DNA of 45,896 nt from Leucoraja ocellata (GCA_036785375.1 JAWMAR010004588.1:1-45896), one strand, 5' to 3'; positions 1-12,885 are shown, numbered from the stretch's first letter. Translations and numbers: made by a program. The notes: generated by a model from the sequence alone, not told the origin.

Positions 1-1270
1 GTCCTTTTATAATTTTATATGTTTCTATAAGAATCCCCCTCATCCTTCTAAACTCCAGTGAATACAAGCCTAGTCTTTTCAATCTTTCCTCATATGACAG
101 TCCCGCCATCCCAGGGATCAATCTCGTGAACCTACGCTGCACTGCCTCAATCACAAGAATGTCCTTCCTCAAATTAGGAGACCAAAACTGTACACAATAC
201 TCCAGATGTGGTCTCACCAGAGCCCTGTACAACTGCAGAAGAACCTCTTTACTACTATACTGAAATCCTCGTGTTATGAAGAGCAACATTCCATTAGCTT
301 TCTTCACTGCCTGCTGTACCTGTAAGCCAACTTTCAGTGACCGGTGTACAAGGACACCCAGGTCTCGCTGCACCTCCCCCTTATCTAACCTAACCCCATT
401 GAGATAATAATCTGCCCCCTTGTTTTTGCCGCCAAAGTGGATAACCTCACATTTATCTATATTATACCGCATCTGCCACGCATCTGCCCACTTACTCAAC
501 CTGTCCTGGTCACCCTGCAACCTCCTAACATCCACTTCACAGTTCACACTGTCACCCAGCTTTGTGTCATCCGCAAACTTGCTAGCGTTGCTCCTAATTC
601 CCTCTTCCAAATCATGAATATATATATGGTAAACAGTTGCGGCCCCAACACCGAGCCTTTCGGCACTCCACTCACCACTGCCTGCCATTCTGAAAAGGAC
701 CCGTTCACTTCTACTATTTGCTTCTGGTCTGCCAACCAATTTATATCCATGTCAACACCCTACCCCCAATACCATGTGTTCTAATTTTGGTCACCAGTCT
801 CCCGTGCGGGACCTTATCAAAGGCTTTCTGAAAGTCTAGATACACTACATCCACTGGCACCCCTTCATCCATTTTACTTGTCACATCCTCAAAAGATTCC
901 AGAAGATTAGTCAAGCATGATTTCCCTTTCATAAATCCATGTTGACTTGGACTAATCCTTTTACTGCTATCCAAATGCCCCATTATCACCTCTTTAATAA
1001 TTGACTCCAGCATCTTTCCCATCATCGAAGTCAGGCTAACTGGCCTGTAATTCCCCGTTTTCTCTCTCGCTCCTTTCTTGAAAAGTGGGATAACATTTGC
1101 GCTGCGCTACCTCATAACGCTGCACTCTCTGAATAGCAAGAATGTCCTTCCTCAAATTAGGGGACCAAAACGGTACACAATACTCCAGGTGTGGTCTGAC
1201 TAGGGCCCTGTACAACTGCAGAAGGACCTCTTTGTTCCTATACTCAAATCTTCTTGGGAGAAAGGCCATG
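1..1270 (-). mobile_element. Degenerate CR1 LINE RT fragments
   Basis: Minus-strand peptides [45 protein letters not shown]; internal deletion and a second fragment near 1110-1270. Confidence 0.88.
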
Positions 1271-1409
1271 CAAACCTCTTCTCTTGAGCTTGGCAGTCTG
1301 AATCTAGTGCCATAACTATTCATAAGTGTGTTCATACTGAATCAGATTTTGACGGTGTGAGACGCGTATTGGCTTTTGATGGTATGATACGGGAATTTGC
1401 TAGGATAAA

Positions 1410-2145
1410 CTGAATTCAGGAAGGTCAGAGGGGGCAGACATACCCCCATCCATATAAACGGGACTGAGGTGGAGCGCGTCTCCAACAACAGGTTCCTCGG
1501 GGTACACATCTCGGAGGATCTGTCCTGGTCCCTCAACACCTCCAAGCTGATCAAAAAGGCACAACAGCGCCTTTTTTACTTCCTGAGGAGGCTCAAGAAA
1601 GCCCACCTGTCCCCCCAGATCCTGACCAACTTTTACCGCTGTACCATCGAAAGCATCCTGACCACCTGCTTCACGGTATGGTACAGCAGCTGCACCGTAG
1701 CGGACAGGAAGGCACTACAACGGGTGGTGAAAACCGCGCAGTACATCATCGGTGACCCGCTCCCTGCCATGGATGCCCTCCATCGAAAACGGTGTCTGAG
1801 ACGGGCCGGGAAGATCATCAAAGACCCCTCCCACCCCAACCATGGACTGTTTGCCCTCCTCCCATCAGGGAGGCGGTACAGGAGCCTCAGGTCACGTACT
1901 AGTACGATGAGGAACAACTTCTACAATAATACCATCACATTGCTGAACTCGGAGTCACGCCGATAGATTTCTCCAGTCTCTCCGTCCACACCGTTCGATT
2001 TCGATTATTGTTTGATTATTCTGTATTTTTATTTTTATTTCTATATTGCACTATACTATGGACTGACGCTAAACTGCATTTCGTTGTACCCATACTCGTA
2101 TTTGTGCAATGACATTAAAGTTGAATTGAATTGAATTGAATTGAA
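1410..2145 (+). mobile_element. 5'-truncated Rex1/Babar- or L2-like LINE (DUF1891-type C-terminus) with (TTGAA)n tail
   Basis: RFLGVHISEDLSW...KKAQQRLFYFLRRLKK...FYRCTIESIL...LLPSGRRYRS; ATTAAA then GAATT repeats at 2121-2145. Confidence 0.85.
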
Positions 2146-2229
2146 ATGATACTTAAAGGCTTGACGATAGATATGCAACGGCAAACATTTAAAGATCCTA
2201 TGGATGAATTGCACCAATTGTTCACCCGT

Positions 2230-3450
2230 CAGGTGTAAAAATAAAACAGGGAAGGTGGCTCAACCGTGGCAAATAATGGAAATTAGGGAATATTAAATCC
2301 AGGCATATAAATTGGCCAGATAAAGCAACAAACTGGGAGAAATTTAAATTTAATATTTAACACAGGAGGACAAATGGATGAATTCAGTGGGGGTAAATAG
2401 AGCATGAACGGAAACTTGCGGGGGAAATATTAGTGAAGACAAATATAGGCCCCTTACAGTCAGAAACAGGTTAATTTATACTGGGAAACAAGAAATTGGC
2501 AGACCAGTTACACAAATACTTTGGTTCTGTCTTCACTAAGGAAGACACAAACAATCTTCCAGAAATACAAGGGGACCGAGGATCTAGTGGGAGGGAGGAA
2601 GTGAAGGGAATCCACATGATTCAGGAAATGTTGTTAGGTAAACTGTTGGGACAGAAGACATGTAAATCCCCAGGGCCTGATGGTCTGCATCCGAAACAAC
2701 ACAGGAGGTGGCCCTCGAAATCGTGCATGTATTGGTAATCATTTTCCAATGTTCTATAGACATTTGGTTAGTTCCAGTGAACTGGAGGGTACCTAATGTA
2801 ACCCCACCTTTTAAGAAAGAGGGGAAAGAGAAAACAGGGAATTATAGACCAGTTAGACTGACATTGGTAGTGGGTTGTACAGGGCTCTGGTGAGAACACA
2901 CCTGAGCATCTGGTGCAATTTTGGTCTCCTAATTTGCCGAAGGACATTCGTGTCAATGAATGAGCACAGCGTAGGTTCACAGGGTTAATTCCCGGGATGT
3001 CTGGACAGACATATGATGAAAGAATGGATCGACTGGGCTTAAATGAAGGGATTAAGATGGATGAGAGGAGATCTTATAGAAAGATATATAATTCTTAAGG
3101 GTTTGAACAGGCTGGATGCAGGAAAAATGTTCCTGATATTGGGGGTTCAGACCTATGGGTCACGGTTTAAGAATAAGGATTAGGCCATTTACTACTGAGA
3201 TGAGGAAAACCTTTTTTTTAGCAAGAGAGTTGTGAATTTGTGGAATTCTCTGCCTCAGAAGGCAGTGGAGGCCAATTCACTGGATGATTTCAAGAGAGAG
3301 CTAGATATAGTGCTTGGGGCTAATGGAATCAAAGGATATGGGGAGAAAGCAAGAACGGGGTAATGATTTTGGACGATCACATTGAATGACGGTTTGTGCT
3401 CGATAGGCCAAACGACCTCCGCCTGCACCTATTTTCTATGTTTTTATATT
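2230..3450 (+). mobile_element. Degenerate CR1 LINE with internal deletion
   Basis: YFGSVFTKED, KSPGPDGLHP, NYRPV, then jumps to the RT C-terminus and CR1 3' UTR (CCTGCACCTATTTTCTATG). Confidence 0.82.
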
Positions 3451-5297
3451 TAACTAATGTGTTCTAAGTAACCTGCGAACCCTGGTATACCTGCTTTCTG
3501 CACTGTGGGATCAATTAACCTGTTCCTTTCTATATAACTTGCTAGCCTCTGGGCCACTATGCTAAAGAAAATCTTGCCATCTACATTTAGGAGACAAACA
3601 GCCTAAACTGATTTAACTCTGGAGACTCTTTCTTCTAGGGAATGAACATTCCCCCTGCTCTATGCCAAACCCTTGGTATGACCTGCTTCTACCAAACTAT
3701 TGGACAGAGCCTCTGCGAGAATCTAAGCACATCATGTGCACTTTTATGTACCCGGTAAGGGACTCCATTTGGTCCCGGTGCAGAAGAAGCATTTCCACGC
3801 CATATTACTGCTTCCACTTCCTTCCACTTTTGTGGCAAAACATCTAACTATAACATCTGTCTCCTAAGGTGGTAACTCTGGAGGGAGACACGGGCCCGAT
3901 ACTGGGGCCCATGACGACTGAGGATTGGCGGGTAGCAAAAATAACCCCACTTTTTAAGAAGGGAGGGAGAGAGAAAACGGGGAATTACAGACCAGTTAGT
4001 CTAACATCGGTAGTGGGGAAACTGCTAGTCAGTTATTAAAGATAGGATAGCAGCACATTTGGAAAGTGGTGAAATCATTGGACAAAGTCAGCATGGATTT
4101 ACGAAAGGTAAATCATGTCTGACGAATCTTATAGAATTTTTCGAGGATGTAACTAGTAGCGTGGATAGGGGAGAACCAGTGCATGTGGTGTATCTGGACT
4201 TCCAGAACGCTTTCGACAAGGTCCCACATAAGAGATTAGTATACAAACTTAAAGTACACGGCATTGGGGGTTCAGTATTGATGTGGATAGAGAACTGGCT
4301 GGCAAACAGGAAGCAAAGAGTAGGAGTAAACGGGCCCTTTTCACAATGGCAGGCAGTGACTAGTGGGGTACCGCAAGGCTCAGTGCTGGGACCCCAGCTA
4401 TTTACAATATATATTAATGATCTGGATGAGAGAATTGAAGGCAATATCTCCAAGTTTGCGGATGACACTAAGCTGGGGGGCAGTGTTAGCTGTGAGGCGG
4501 ATGCTAGGAGACTGCAAGGTGACTTGGATAGGCTGGGTGAGTGGGCAAATGTTTGGCAGATGCAGTATAATGTGGATAAATGTGAGGTTATCCATTTTGG
4601 TGGCAAAAACAGGAAAGCAGACTATTATCTAAATGGTGGCCGACTAGGAAAAGGGGAGATGCAGCGAGACCTGGGTGTCATGGTACACCAATCATTGAAA
4701 ATAGGCATGCAGGTGCAGCAGTCAGTGAAGAAAGCGAATGGTATGTTAGCTTTCCTAGCAAAAGGATTTGAGTATAGGAGCAGGGAGGTTCTACTGCAGT
4801 TGTACAGGATCTTGGTGAGACCACACCTGGAGTATTGCGTACAGTTTTGGTCTCCAAATCTGAGGAAGGACATTATTGCCATAGAGGGAGTGCAGAGAAG
4901 GTTCACCAGACTGATTCCTGGGATGTCAGGACTGTCTTATGAAGAAAGACTGGATAGACTTGGTTTATACTCTCTAGAATTTAGGAGATTGAGAGGGGAT
5001 CTTATAGAAACTTACAAAATTCTTAAGGGGTTGGACAGGCTAGATGCAGGAAGATTGCTCCCAATGTTGGGGAAATCCAGGACAAGGGGCCACAGCTTAA
5101 GGATAAGGGGGAAATCCTTTAAAACCGAGATGAGAAGAACTTTTTTCACACAGAGTGTGGTGAGTCTCTGGAACTCTCTGCCGCGGAGGGTAGTCGAGGC
5201 CAGTTCATTGGCTATATTTAAGAGGGAGTTAGATGTGGCCCTTGTGGCTAAGGGGATCAGAGGGTATGGAGAGAAATCAGGTACAGGATACTGAGTT

Positions 5298-6428
5298 TAA
5301 GAGGGAACTGCAGATGCTGGAGAATCGAAGGTTACACAAAAAAGCTGGAGAAACTCAGCGGGTGCAGCAGCATCTATGGAGCGAAGGAAATAGGCAACGT
5401 TTCGCGCCGAAACCCTTCTTCAGACTGATCGGGGGCGGGGACAAGAAAGGGAAAAGGAGGAGTAGCCAGAAGGCTGGGGGATGGGAGGAGACAGCAGGGG
5501 GGCTGAGGAAGGGGAGGAGACAGCAAGGACTAACAAAATTGGGAGAATTCGATGTTCATGCCCCCGGGGTGCAGACTCCCCAAACGGAATATGAGGTGCT
5601 GTTCCTCCAATTTCCGGTGCTGCTCACTGTGGCCATGGAGGAGACCCAGGACAGAGAGGTCGGAGGCGGAGTGGGAGGGGGAGACCTCCAACGTGACCCC
5701 ACTACTCGCCACATCTTCCCATCTCCCCCCATATCTGCCTTCCGCAAAGACCGCTCCCTCCATAACTCCCTTGTCAATTCTTCCCTTCCCTCTCGGTCCA
5801 CCCCCTCCCCGGGCACTTTCCCTTGCAACCGCAAGAGATGCAACACTTGTCCCTTTACCTCCCCCCTCGACTCCGTTCAAGGACCCAAGCAATCGTTCCA
5901 GGTACGACAGAGGTTTACCTGCATCTCTTCCAACCTCATCTATTGCGTCCGCTGCTCTAGATGTCAGCAGATCTATATCGGTGAAACCAAGCGGAGGTTG
6001 GGCGATCGTTTCGCCGAACACCTCCGCTCGTTCCGCAATAACCAAGCTGACCTCCTGGTGGCTCAGCACTTCAACTCCCCCTCCCACTCCGTCTCCGACC
6101 TCTCTGTCCTGGGTCTCCTCCATGGCCACAGCGAGCAGCATCGGAAATTGGAGGAACAGCACCTCATATTCCGTTTGGGGAGTCTGCACCCCGGGGGCAT
6201 GAACATCGAATTCTCCCAATTTTGTTAGTCCTTGCTGTCTCCTCCCCTTCCTCAGCCCCCCTGCTGTCTCCTCCCATCCCCCAGCCTTCTGGCTACTCCT
6301 CCTTTTCCCTTTCTTGTCCCCGCCCCCGATCAGTCTGAAGAAGGGTTTCGGCCCGAAACGTTGCCTATTTCCTTCGCTCCATAGATGCTGCTGCACCTGC
6401 TGAGTTTCTCCAGCTTTTTTGTGTAACC
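5298..6428 (+). mobile_element. Truncated Penelope-like element (GIY-YIG endonuclease 3' end) with inverted pseudo-LTR
   Basis: CNRKRCNTC, NLIYCVRCSRCQQIYIGETKRRLGDRFAEH, GMNIEF; 354-bp inverted repeat 5330-5683 / 6075-6428; 15-bp TSD ACAGGATACTGAGTT at 5283-5297 and 6429-6443. Confidence 0.93.
6333..6365 (+). ncRNA. Minimal hammerhead-ribozyme motif in the Penelope pLTR
   Basis: GT-CTGAAGA-A-GGG-TTTCGG-CCC-GAAAC-GTT-GC matches the CUGAnGA...stem II...GAAA...GUH core with palindromic helix III; Penelope pLTRs are known to carry such motifs. Confidence 0.65.
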
Positions 6429-6656
6429 ACAGGATACTGAGTTGGATGATCAGCTATGATCATATTGAATGGCGGTGCAGGCTCGAAGGGCCGAATGGCC
6501 TACTCCTGCACCTAATTTCTATGTTTCTATGACAGGCCCACTCAGTATTCAAACAACGTAAGGTCCGAAAACACAAGGCCCATTCAGTGTTGGTGTTGCA
6601 TGATGCCACAGAAAGTAGGCCCAATCTCTATTCAATGTACTCTGGACCCAATCACT

Positions 6657-6690
6657 TTAGATTAGATTAGATTAGATTAGACTTTATTAA
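6657..6690 (-). repeat. (TTAGA)n microsatellite next to TTTATT, probable tail of a minus-strand LINE
   Basis: TTAGATTAGATTAGATTAGATTAGACTTTATT. Confidence 0.55.
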
Positions 6691-7563
6691 TCCCCTTATT
6701 CAGGGGCAATTCAGATGTCCTTGCAGCACTAATAAAAATACAACATAGCATTCAAGAAGAAATTCAACACCAAAACACAAAAACATGTTTAGCACAAAGT
6801 CCAGTCCCCATCCTCTTGTCCACCCAAAGTCGGGCCTATTGAGGCCTCCACAGTCGCCGCCACGGTTAGTCGCGGTTACCCTGATAGTGCGCTGAATGGG
6901 CCAAATGCAATCAGCCGAGAGTAGTCCAGGATACCCAACTAGTGGGATGAGTGGCTTTGTGGCTCCATGTGGCCTATTCTTATTTTGGGGGCCGATACTA
7001 ACTCACTCACCCGCCATCAAAGGCCCAATCAATGTCTAAGTGAAAGCGCACCCAAGATGGGTACCAGGCAAATCGATCTGAACTAATTTACAATCCTTTG
7101 GAGTCATGCGATCCCAGCTAATTCCAGAAATGGTGGAACACGAGGTAAAACGAGAGCACATTTAGAGCAAGGTGCTGGTTCCTTCGATAAACAAATATAG
7201 CAAACTAGGTTAGGCTTTTGTAGTTCTGCTTTTATTTGTGATTTAACAGAAACATATTACAGAGATGTTTTTAAAAGCATAACACGAAGTGGTCAAAACA
7301 ACTGAATTCCACACTGAGACCAGGTACATTGAACATGTAGCTTGAGAGTCAAAGGTTAGCTCTGAATTAAGGACAATTGAGCAAAATAGGAGTAAATAGA
7401 TATTTGCTCATATGCAGAATGTGTGCATGTGTTGTTGGGTATGTATTTACACATGCATTGACATTACATTTATTTACAGGCCTTCGGTTAGGCCGCACTT
7501 GCAGTATAGTGTGGAGGTTCAGGTCGTCCCTTCGAGGGAATAATGTGGAGGCTTTGGAGAAGA

Positions 7564-7715
7564 ACTTAAATCGGGCGCGGGGCTTTATTTCACAGAGGCC
7601 CAGGACCGTTGGAGAGTGTGGAGGAGGGTCAGGGCGGGGAGTACTTAAATCGGGCGCGGGGCTTTATTTCACAGAGGCCCGGGACCGTTGGAGAGCAGTG
7701 GAGGAGGGTCAGGGC
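7564..7715 (+). repeat. Two ~72-79 bp tandem monomers at the CR1 5' end
   Basis: ACTTAAATCGGGCGCGGGGCTTTATTTCACAGAGGCCC...GGAGGGTCAGGGC at 7564-7635 and 7643-7715. Confidence 0.85.
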
Positions 7716-7844
7716 TTTTACCAAAATCCGTAACGTTCCATACTCCATAGGGAGGGTTCTGGTGGAAGCCGCTGATTGGTGGAAGCAGACTAGAGGAAGC
7801 AGCTGATTGGGTGCAACCTCAGGTTAGCATTTGTGCTTTCTGGT

Positions 7845-8160
7845 TAAAGGTGCAGTGCTTTAGTAAAGGTACAGTGGGCTAAGGGTACAGTGGGCTAAGG
7901 GTACAGTGCTTTAGTAAAGGTACAGTGGGCTAAAGGTACAGTGGGCTAAAGGTACAGTGGGTTAAAGGGTACAGTGGGCTAAGGGTACAGTGGGCTAAAG
8001 GTACAGTGGGCTAAAGGTACAGTGGGCTAAAGGTACAGTGGGCTAAAGGTACAGTGCTTTAGTAAAGGTACAGTGAGCTAAGGGTACAGTGGGTTAAAGG
8101 TACAGTGAGCTAAGGGTACAGTGAGCCAAGGGTACAGTGAGCTAAAGGTACAGTGCTTTT
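7845..8160 (+). repeat. Minisatellite (AAAGGTACAGTGGGCT)n, 16-17 bp unit, roughly 19 copies, in the CR1 5' UTR
   Basis: Directly visible tandem array with variants GGGCT/GAGCT/GCTTTAGT. Confidence 0.9.
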
Positions 8161-8288
8161 TGTTTATATAATAAAGGTGCAGTTTAAAGGGCACGAGGGA
8201 GCAGCTGTTGTGAGTCGGATACCTGCTGATTTCTCCCAGCAGTTTCTATTGTATTATACTGGTATCAGATCCAGGGTAAGGCGGGAGA

Positions 8289-9207
8289 ATGACAGTCAGA
8301 GCAGTGTACTGTTCTGGATGTCAGATGTGGGAGGTCATGGTGTCGGATGGCCCTCCAGACGTCCACATCTGCACCAGGTGCAGCGAGATGGGGCTCCTAA
8401 GGGACTGTTTTAGGATCCTGGAGCAGCAGCTCGATGACCTCTGTCTGATCAGGGAGAGTGAGGAGGTCATAGAGGGGAGTTATAGGGAGGTGGTCACTCC
8501 AAAACCACGGGAGAGAGACATGTGGGTCACGCTAAGGAAGGGCAAGGGGCAGAGGCAGGGACGAGTGAGTACTCCAATGTCGGTCCACCTCGCAAATAAA
8601 TACTCCTGTTTGAGTACGGATGGGGGATGACAGCCTACCCGGGGGTAGTGACAGCGGACGGGCCTCCAGCACAGAGACCAGCCCTGTTGCTCCGAAAGGT
8701 AGGGGAAAAAAGAAGAGGGCAATAGTAATTGGGGACTCTATTGTTAGTGGGTCGGATAGGCGATTCTGTGGACGCAGTCGGGAGACCAGGATGGTGGTCT
8801 GCCTCCCTGGTGCCAAGGTCTCGGACGTGTCTCAACGCATCCAAGATATCCTGAAATCAGAGGGAGAGGAGCCTGTGGTAGTGGTACATATAGGTACCAA
8901 TGACATAAGTAAAAAAAGGGAAGAGGTCCTGAAGGGAGGATTTAGTGAGTTGGGAGGAGAGTTAAGGAAAAGGATCAAAAAGGTAACAATCTCAGGATTA
9001 CTGCCTGTGCCACGCGACAGTGAGAGTAGGAATGGAGCGAGGTGGAGGATAAATGCGTGGATGACAGATTGGTGCAGAGGGCAGGGATTCAAGTTCCTGG
9101 ATCATTGGGACTTCTTTTGGGGAAGGATGGATTGCACTTGAACCCGAGGGGGGACCAATATCCTGGCGGGGAAATTTGCAAAGGCTACTGGGGAGACTTT
9201 AAACTAG
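8289..9207 (+). pseudogene. CR1 ORF1 (zinc finger/leucine zipper plus SGNH esterase), frameshifted
   Basis: CSGCQMW...HICTRC, LEQQLDDL; IVIGDSIV, VCLPGA, VHIGTND esterase blocks; frameshifts near 8625 and 9130. Confidence 0.85.
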
Positions 9208-9339
9208 AATGGTTGGGGTGAGGGACTCAAATAGAGAAAGCTAGTAGACAGAATGGGAGGCAGGAAGCAGAAAAGGGAAGCACTCGGACACAAGAGAAGA
9301 AAGAAAAAAAAGGAAATAAACAGAGAGTAAGAGGCGGGG

Positions 9340-12139
9340 GGTTTCTTAAATGTGTATATTTTAATGCGAGGAGCATTGTAAGAAAGGTGGATGAGCTTAG
9401 ATTGACACCTGGAAGTATGATGTTGTGGCGATCAGTGAAACATGGTTGCAGGAGGGCTGTGATTGGAAACTAAATATTCCAGGATTCCGTTGCTTCAGGT
9501 GTGATAGAATTGGAGGGGCAAGAGGTGGAGGTGTTGCATTGCTAGTCAGGGAAGATATTACAGCAGTGCTTTGGCAGGATAGATTAGAGGGCTCGTCTAG
9601 GGAGGCTATTTGGGTGGAATTGAGAAGTGGGAAAGGTGTAGCAACACTTATAGGGGTGTATTATAGACTGCCAAATAGGGAACGAGAATTGGAAGAGCAA
9701 ATATGTAAGGAGATAGCAGATATTAGTAGTAAGCACAAGGTAGTGATTGTGGGAGATTTCAACTTTCCACACATAGACTGGGAAACACATTCTGTAAATG
9801 GGCTGGATGGGTTGGAGTTTGTAAAATGTGTGCAGGATAGTTTTTTTCAGCAATACATAGAGGTACCTACTAGAGGAGTGGCAGTGCTGGACCTCCTGTT
9901 AGGAAATGAGATGGGACAGGTGGCGGAGGTATGCGTTGGGGAGCACTTCGGGTCCAGTGATCACAATACCATTAGTTTCAATATAATTATGGAGAGGGTC
10001 AGAACTGGACCTAGGGTTGAGATTTTTGATTGGAGAAAGGCTAACTTTGATGAGATGCGAGATGATTTAAAAGGAGTGAACTGGGACATTTTGTTTTATG
10101 GGAAAGATGTAGAAGAGAAATGGAGGACATTTAAAGAGGAAATCTTAAGAGTACAGAATCTTTATGTTCCTGTTCGGTTGAAAGGAAACAGTAAAAATTG
10201 GAAAGAGCCCTGGTTTTCAAGGGAAATTGGACATCTTGTTCAGAAAAAGAGGGAGATCTACAATAATTATAGGCAGCATGAAGTAAATGAGGTGCTTGAG
10301 GAGTATAAGGAATGTAAAAAGAATCTTAAGAAAGAAATTAGAAAAGCTAAAAGATATGAGGTTGCTTTGGCAAGTAAGGTGAAAGTAAATCCAAAGGGTT
10401 TCTACATCTATATTAATAGCAAAAGGATAACGAGGGATAAAATTGGTCCATTGGAGAGACGGAGTGGACAGCTATCTGCAGAGCCAAAAGAGATGGGGGA
10501 GATATTGAACAATTTTTTTTCTTCGGTATTCACCAAGGAGTAGGATATTGAATTATGTGAGGTAAGGGAAACTAGTAGAGTAGCTATGGATACTATGAGG
10601 TTCAAAGTAAAAGAAGTACTGACACTTTTGAAAAATATAAAAGTGGATAAGTCTCCAGGTCCTGACAGGATATTCCCTAGGACATTGAGGGAAGTTAGTG
10701 TAGAAATAGCCGGGGCTATGACAGAAATATTTCAAATGTCATTAGAAACGGGAATAGTCCCTGAGGATTGGCGTACTGCGCATGTTGTTCCATTGTTTAA
10801 AAAGGGTTCTAAGAGTAAACCCGGCAATTATAGACCTGTTAGTTTGACTTCAGTGGTGGGCAAATTAATGGAAAAGATACTTAGAGATAATATATATAAG
10901 CATCTGGATAAACAGGGTCTGATTAGGAACAGTCAACATGGATTTGTGCCTGGAACATCATGTTTGACTGATCTTGAATTTTTTGAAGAGGTTATTAGGG
11001 AAATTGACGAGGGTAAAGCAGTGGATGTTGTCTATATGGACTTTAGTAAGGCCTTTGACAAGGTTCCTCATGGAAGGTTGGTTAAGAAGGTTCAACTGTT
11101 GGGTATAAATGCAGGAATAGCAAGATGGATTCAACAGTGGCTGAATGGGAGAAGCCAGAGGGTAATGGTGGATGGCTGTTTATCGGGTTGGAGGCAGGTG
11201 ACTAGTGGGGTGCCTCAGGGATCTGTGTTGGGTCCTTTGTTGTTTGTCATGTACATCAATGATCTGGATGAAGATGTGGTAAATTGGATTAGTAAGTATG
11301 CAGATGATACCAAGATAGGGGGTGTTGTGGATAATGAAGAGGATTTCCAAAGTCTACAGAGTGATTTAGGCCATTTGGAAAAATGGGCTGAAAGATGGCA
11401 GATGGAGTTTAATGCTGATAAATGTGAGGTGCTACACCTTGGCAGGACAAATCAAAATAGGACGTACATGGTAAATGGTAGGGAATTGAAGAATACAGTT
11501 GAACAGAGGGATCTGGGGATAACCGTGCATAGTTCCTTGAAGGTGGAATCTCATATAGATAGGGTGGTAAAGAAAGCTTTTGGTATGCTAGCCTTTATAA
11601 ATCAGAGCATTGAGTATAGAAGCTGGGATGTAATGTTAAAATTGTACAAGGCATTGGTGAGGCCAATTCTGGAGTATGGTGTACAATTTTGGTCGCCCAA
11701 TTATAGGAAGGATGTCAACAAAATAGAGAGAGTACAGAGGAGATTTACTAGAATGTTGCCTGGGTTTCAACAACTAAGTTACAGAGATAGGTTGAATAAG
11801 TTAGGTCTTTATTCTCTGGAGCGCAGAAGGTTAAGGGGGGACTTGATAGAGGTCTTTAAAATGATGAGAGGGATAGACAGAGTTGATGTGGACAAGCTTT
11901 TCCCTTTGAGAATAGGGAAGATTCAAACAAGAGGACATGACTTCAGAATTAAGGGACAGAAGTTTAGGGGTAACATGAGGGGGAACTTCTTTACTCAGAG
12001 AGTGGTAGCGGTGTGGAATGAGCTTCCAGTGGAAGTGGTGGAGGCAGGTTTGTTGGTACCATTTAAAAATAAATTGGATAGGTATATGGATGAGAAGGGA
12101 ATGGAGGGTTATGGTATGAGTGCAGGCAGGTGGGACTAA
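9340..12139 (+). pseudogene. CR1 ORF2 (APE endonuclease plus reverse transcriptase), frameshift near 9400 and TAG at 10541-10543
   Basis: YFNARSI, AISETWL, GGGVAL, VGDFN, SDHN endonuclease motifs; [36 protein letters not shown]; 9425-10543 and 10586-12139 share a frame. Confidence 0.92.
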
Positions 12140-12742
12140 GGGAAAAAAAGTTGTTCGGCACGGACTTGTAGGGCCGAGATGGCCTGTTTCCGTGCTGTAA
12201 TTGTTATATGGTTATATGTTATATTATATTAAGATGCAGAAGAGGTTTACTAGAATGCTGCAGGGGGTAGAATTATTAGCTAGAAGATGTTGGCAAACAT
12301 GGGTTGTTTTCTTTGACGCGTCGGAGGTTGAAGGGAGACCCGGTAGAAGTTTTTAGAATAATGACAGACATAGATAGTGTGTCTGAATTTAACATGAAGT
12401 TTACGATCTCACACAAACAGCGTTCCTGACTTTCTATACAACGGCATTCAACACTGGAACGACACACATATGGCCCATGCTAAAGAAAAAGAGAATGTAT
12501 AGAAATAAAGATAAAAAGAAAAAAAGAAATGTCTACCGAGATCACATGATATTCAAATTACGATTAAAATAGTTTGATACATTAACGCTATACTAAAGGC
12601 AACTAGGCAATATCAAACAAGTCAGATAGACAGAATGAAATATTGCTTATGATATTGACGGCTTCAGATTTTTACATTTTCCTTGGTTACAACGACATCC
12701 ATAGACTGGTCAGATAAATACGCGGTTTTCAACATTCAATCG

Positions 12743-12751
12743 TCACTTGAC
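12743..12751 (-). CDS. IGHM: IgM transmembrane exon TM2 (VK-stop)
   Basis: Pyrimidine tract TCTCTCCCTCTCTTTACAG| GTC AAG TGA completes the KVK cytoplasmic tail. Confidence 0.92.
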   Translation of the reverse strand, partial: VK

Positions 12752-12885
12752 CTGTAAAGAGAGGGAGAGAATATGTAAGTGTATTAACAGTCTGTGACTA
12801 AGATGCCAGGACATCCAAACAGTAGGACAATCTATATGTTGCCGTACTCTTCAAACAGGTGGAAAAGAAAGTGGAATGAACTCAC

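Larger units (their letters stand above)
3925..6530 (+). mobile_element. 5'-truncated young CR1 LINE (open RT frame 4059-5294), 3' UTR interrupted by a Penelope-like element
   Basis: 411-aa uninterrupted RT ORF (FADD); the 3' UTR resumes at 6429 and ends TTTCTATGTTTCTATG. Confidence 0.92.
7564..12230 (+). mobile_element. Full-length CR1 LINE inserted into an older CR1 fragment
   Basis: 5' UTR with tandem repeats, ORF1, ORF2 and a (TATATGGT)-type tail; AAGA duplicated at 7560-7563 and 12231-12234; the flanks rejoin as old CR1 RT C-terminus (...NVEALEK / MQKRFTRML...). Confidence 0.9.

Noticed and set aside
5233-6396. 331-aa plus-strand and 288-aa minus-strand ORFs sharing long identical peptides
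   Set aside because: Artefact of the Penelope inverted repeat fused to the CR1 end; only the GIY-YIG part is real coding sequence.
7845-8160. Regular repeat array containing TACAGTG, superficially CRISPR-like or RSS-heptamer-like
   Set aside because: No unique spacers and no nonamers; it is a head-to-tail minisatellite in a eukaryotic CR1 5' UTR.
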